From Tubiluchus corallicola (Eukaryota > Animalia > Priapulida), in assembly GCA_030141605.1 (NCBI GenBank), contig JAQGDQ010000145.1, positions 124,001-188,000 on the forward strand: a stretch of DNA of 64,000 bases, written 5' to 3'. A program made the position numbers and the translations under genes. Below are positions 61,891-64,000 of the stretch, piece by piece (the first letter of the stretch is position 1; each line of letters starts with the position of its first letter). Below the pieces are notes generated by a model. The model searched no databases and had not been told where the DNA came from. It saw only the letters and a list, made by a program, of their open reading frames with translations.

Positions 61891-63709
61891 CTACACGCTA
61901 GAATCATTCATGAAACTGTGTGCAACCATGTGCTGAAATGTTTCATTGTCTGCGGGCAACGCATTCTCGCAACTGGAATTATTTCCACCAATGGACAGCG
62001 AAAGTGTGTCTAATCTGCATCCTGGTGAAGAAATTTGATTGTCCTCATTCTCGGTCACATTTTCGCTTTCTTCCTCATCATCAAGTGGGCTACCAAGCTT
62101 GAACACTGGCTGTGCAAATGTGCTCATCTCCCGTTCATTTTCTTCGTTGATAACAGGTGGCGTATTAACACTGAGTGATGGTTTTGACTTCTTGTAATCA
62201 TCCGGAACTAGTATGACCTAAATAATAAACATTTGCAAATGATAATTTTATTTTGAAAGTATACAGTCATTTACGGTAGTAATGTCAGCCATGTAAGTCA
62301 GTGAAATGGGCTTCTGTGGCATTAAAAACTAGTTATATCTATCAAAATTTGCAGTACATTTATGATGCTATAATTACATAAAATATCACTATCTTTTGCA
62401 GAATAAATGCCCACTTTCTTAGTATTAAGAGAAATTTTCTTGTAGTAGACAGAGTATCTATAAAATACACACTGTACATTGTGTCTATACACAGTTTCTG
62501 TGTGATTATGCTAAGAATCTACACTTGTACACACAGTACCTTTGAAATATAAAATATGTTTTAAATTAAATAATTATATCTGATCATTTTTACCTGTGTA
62601 GAATGAGAAGTGATCATAGCAGCAGAACGTATATAAGCATGTTCAGTATTTTTATTGTCAAGCTGCCTGCAGTATTTCAACAGGTAGATAGGAAGACAAT
62701 AGTTGAGCAAAGAAATTCCTAGTAATCCAACATTTACCTGTAAATGCATTCAAAGTGCAGTTACATTCAGAAAGTGAATTAAGTATATCACTTTATTGGA
62801 CATTTATTATTAATTGTTTGTCATTGAGATTTGTCTGCATTTAGTCATCTGTATTAAATTCTTAGTTGATGTGTCTCTTTCTTTTTGAATTTTCTAAATC
62901 CAGGTAAAGTGAAAAGAATGATGCATATGAAGTGCTGGAATTAAAGTGTTGTGCAGATTACCTATATTGTTAAGTTAATATTATGAGATGTTTGTCACTT
63001 TAAGTTGCTTTGTTAGAAAGTAAACTAATTTACTTATTTTAATTTATTTTATATTATTTTAAACTAATAAGAATCAGGGATCTTCTTTAATAATATCTGG
63101 TAATACTAATAAGATCTTTGATAATGTGAATCTTACAGCTACTCTTCCATGCTGAAATTTCAGGTCCAATCAAATCAGTGTGTAAAGCATTGAGTTAGAA
63201 AATTAAACACTCGTCCGTTAATGTGAGAACAAATAACACAAACATCCCTGGCACCTTAAAAAACTCAAATAAACAAACTCTAATTTTCTGAATTAAAATA
63301 GAACAAAAGGTCAATTAACATCTGCTGTATAGCCATTTCATTCTTTAACCTGTATCTGGTATAATCTTGTTTAATAAGTGGCAGTTGGCTGTCATTAATG
63401 GGATAATGAGCATTCATTGATTTCACTTTAATAATCATATACTTGGTTATTGGTCTCACCAAGGTCTTCTCTATATCAGCTTGCAGTTTTATGTGTAAAT
63501 CCTCAACTCACCCAGTGTGGTTCCTGTCTTAAAGGACCTTCAATGAGCACAAACAATGGATATTGTAGTAGAGCAAATATTGCCGTAGCGAATGACTCCA
63601 AACCAACCAGGCTGCCGAAACTTTTGAAGTGATATGCAACAGCATACAGACCTCCCACAGCCGCGTGCACAAACCCTCGGACAATAGTGTGACAAACAAA
63701 CGTAAGAAT
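61891..63709 (-). CDS. SLC43A2: SLC43-family large neutral amino acid transporter (LAT3/LAT4-like), last three coding exons
   Basis: Exons 63709-63512 ([53 protein letters not shown]), 62737-62594 ([23 protein letters not shown]) and 62217-61891, all phase 0. Closely resembles the last transmembrane helices of vertebrate SLC43A2/A1. The gene continues beyond the window. Confidence 0.9.
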
Positions 63710-63823
63710 CTGAAAAGTAAAAAATGTTTTTTTACAAATTTGATAGAGTTCGCTTGTGTGAAATTAAGGAGTTTGAAAATCCTGTGTTTTCAAAAGTAAC
63801 AAAATAAATATAACCCTAAACTT

Positions 63824-63953
63824 TACAATTCTCCACACGCGAGAAATTAGATCATGAAACAGATTAGGGTAAGAGTTAGGGTTGGGTTAGGGTTAGGATT
63901 AGGGTTAGAGATAGGATTAGAGTTAGTGGATTTAAATTCTGCGGGGAATTGTA
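63824..63953 (-). mobile_element. Second copy of the (TTAGGG)n-core short element
   Basis: Reverse-complement match to 48853-48963, including both non-repetitive flanks. Confidence 0.6.
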
Positions 63954-64000
63954 AACTCCTTGCATATATTATAATTGAATTTCTAGATATTCAACTGTAG

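Noticed and set aside
63864-63925. TTAGGG repeats as a chromosome end
   Set aside because: Degenerate, intronic, and flanked by the same sequences as the copy at 48853-48963.

Overview
AT-rich, intron-containing animal genomic DNA. It is probably an invertebrate deuterostome such as a tunicate, but that is only an impression from gene density, intron size and protein similarity. I reconstructed exon chains by hand from splice sites, phase continuity and recognisable protein motifs. There are five protein genes: (1) the last two exons of an unidentified CaaX-terminated protein (+, 741-2450); (2) a large dispersed C2H2 zinc-finger protein (-, 27260-9313, ~1740 aa, 8 fingers), including two terminal exons the ORF track misses; (3) an MBTD1/L3MBTL2-type FCS + 4xMBT chromatin reader (-, 15 coding exons, ~802 aa, one GC-AG intron); (4) WBP4/FBP21 (+, ~277 aa), head-to-head with the MBT gene; (5) the last three exons of an SLC43A1/A2 (LAT3/LAT4) amino-acid transporter (-). 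A tRNA-Thr(CGT) gene lies at 30817-30888. Introns and UTRs hold CR1/L2-group LINE fragments, many MITEs (piggyBac, pogo/Tigger, hAT and Harbinger types, several nested) and minisatellites. The most unusual features are a 45-bp in-frame minisatellite that gives WBP4 exon 2 five identical 5' splice sites, an intronic inverted repeat pair bracketing an in-frame 240-nt FCS-finger exon block of the MBT gene, and two related foldback elements filling the MBT/WBP4 divergent promoter region. No prokaryote-type systems such as CRISPR are present.
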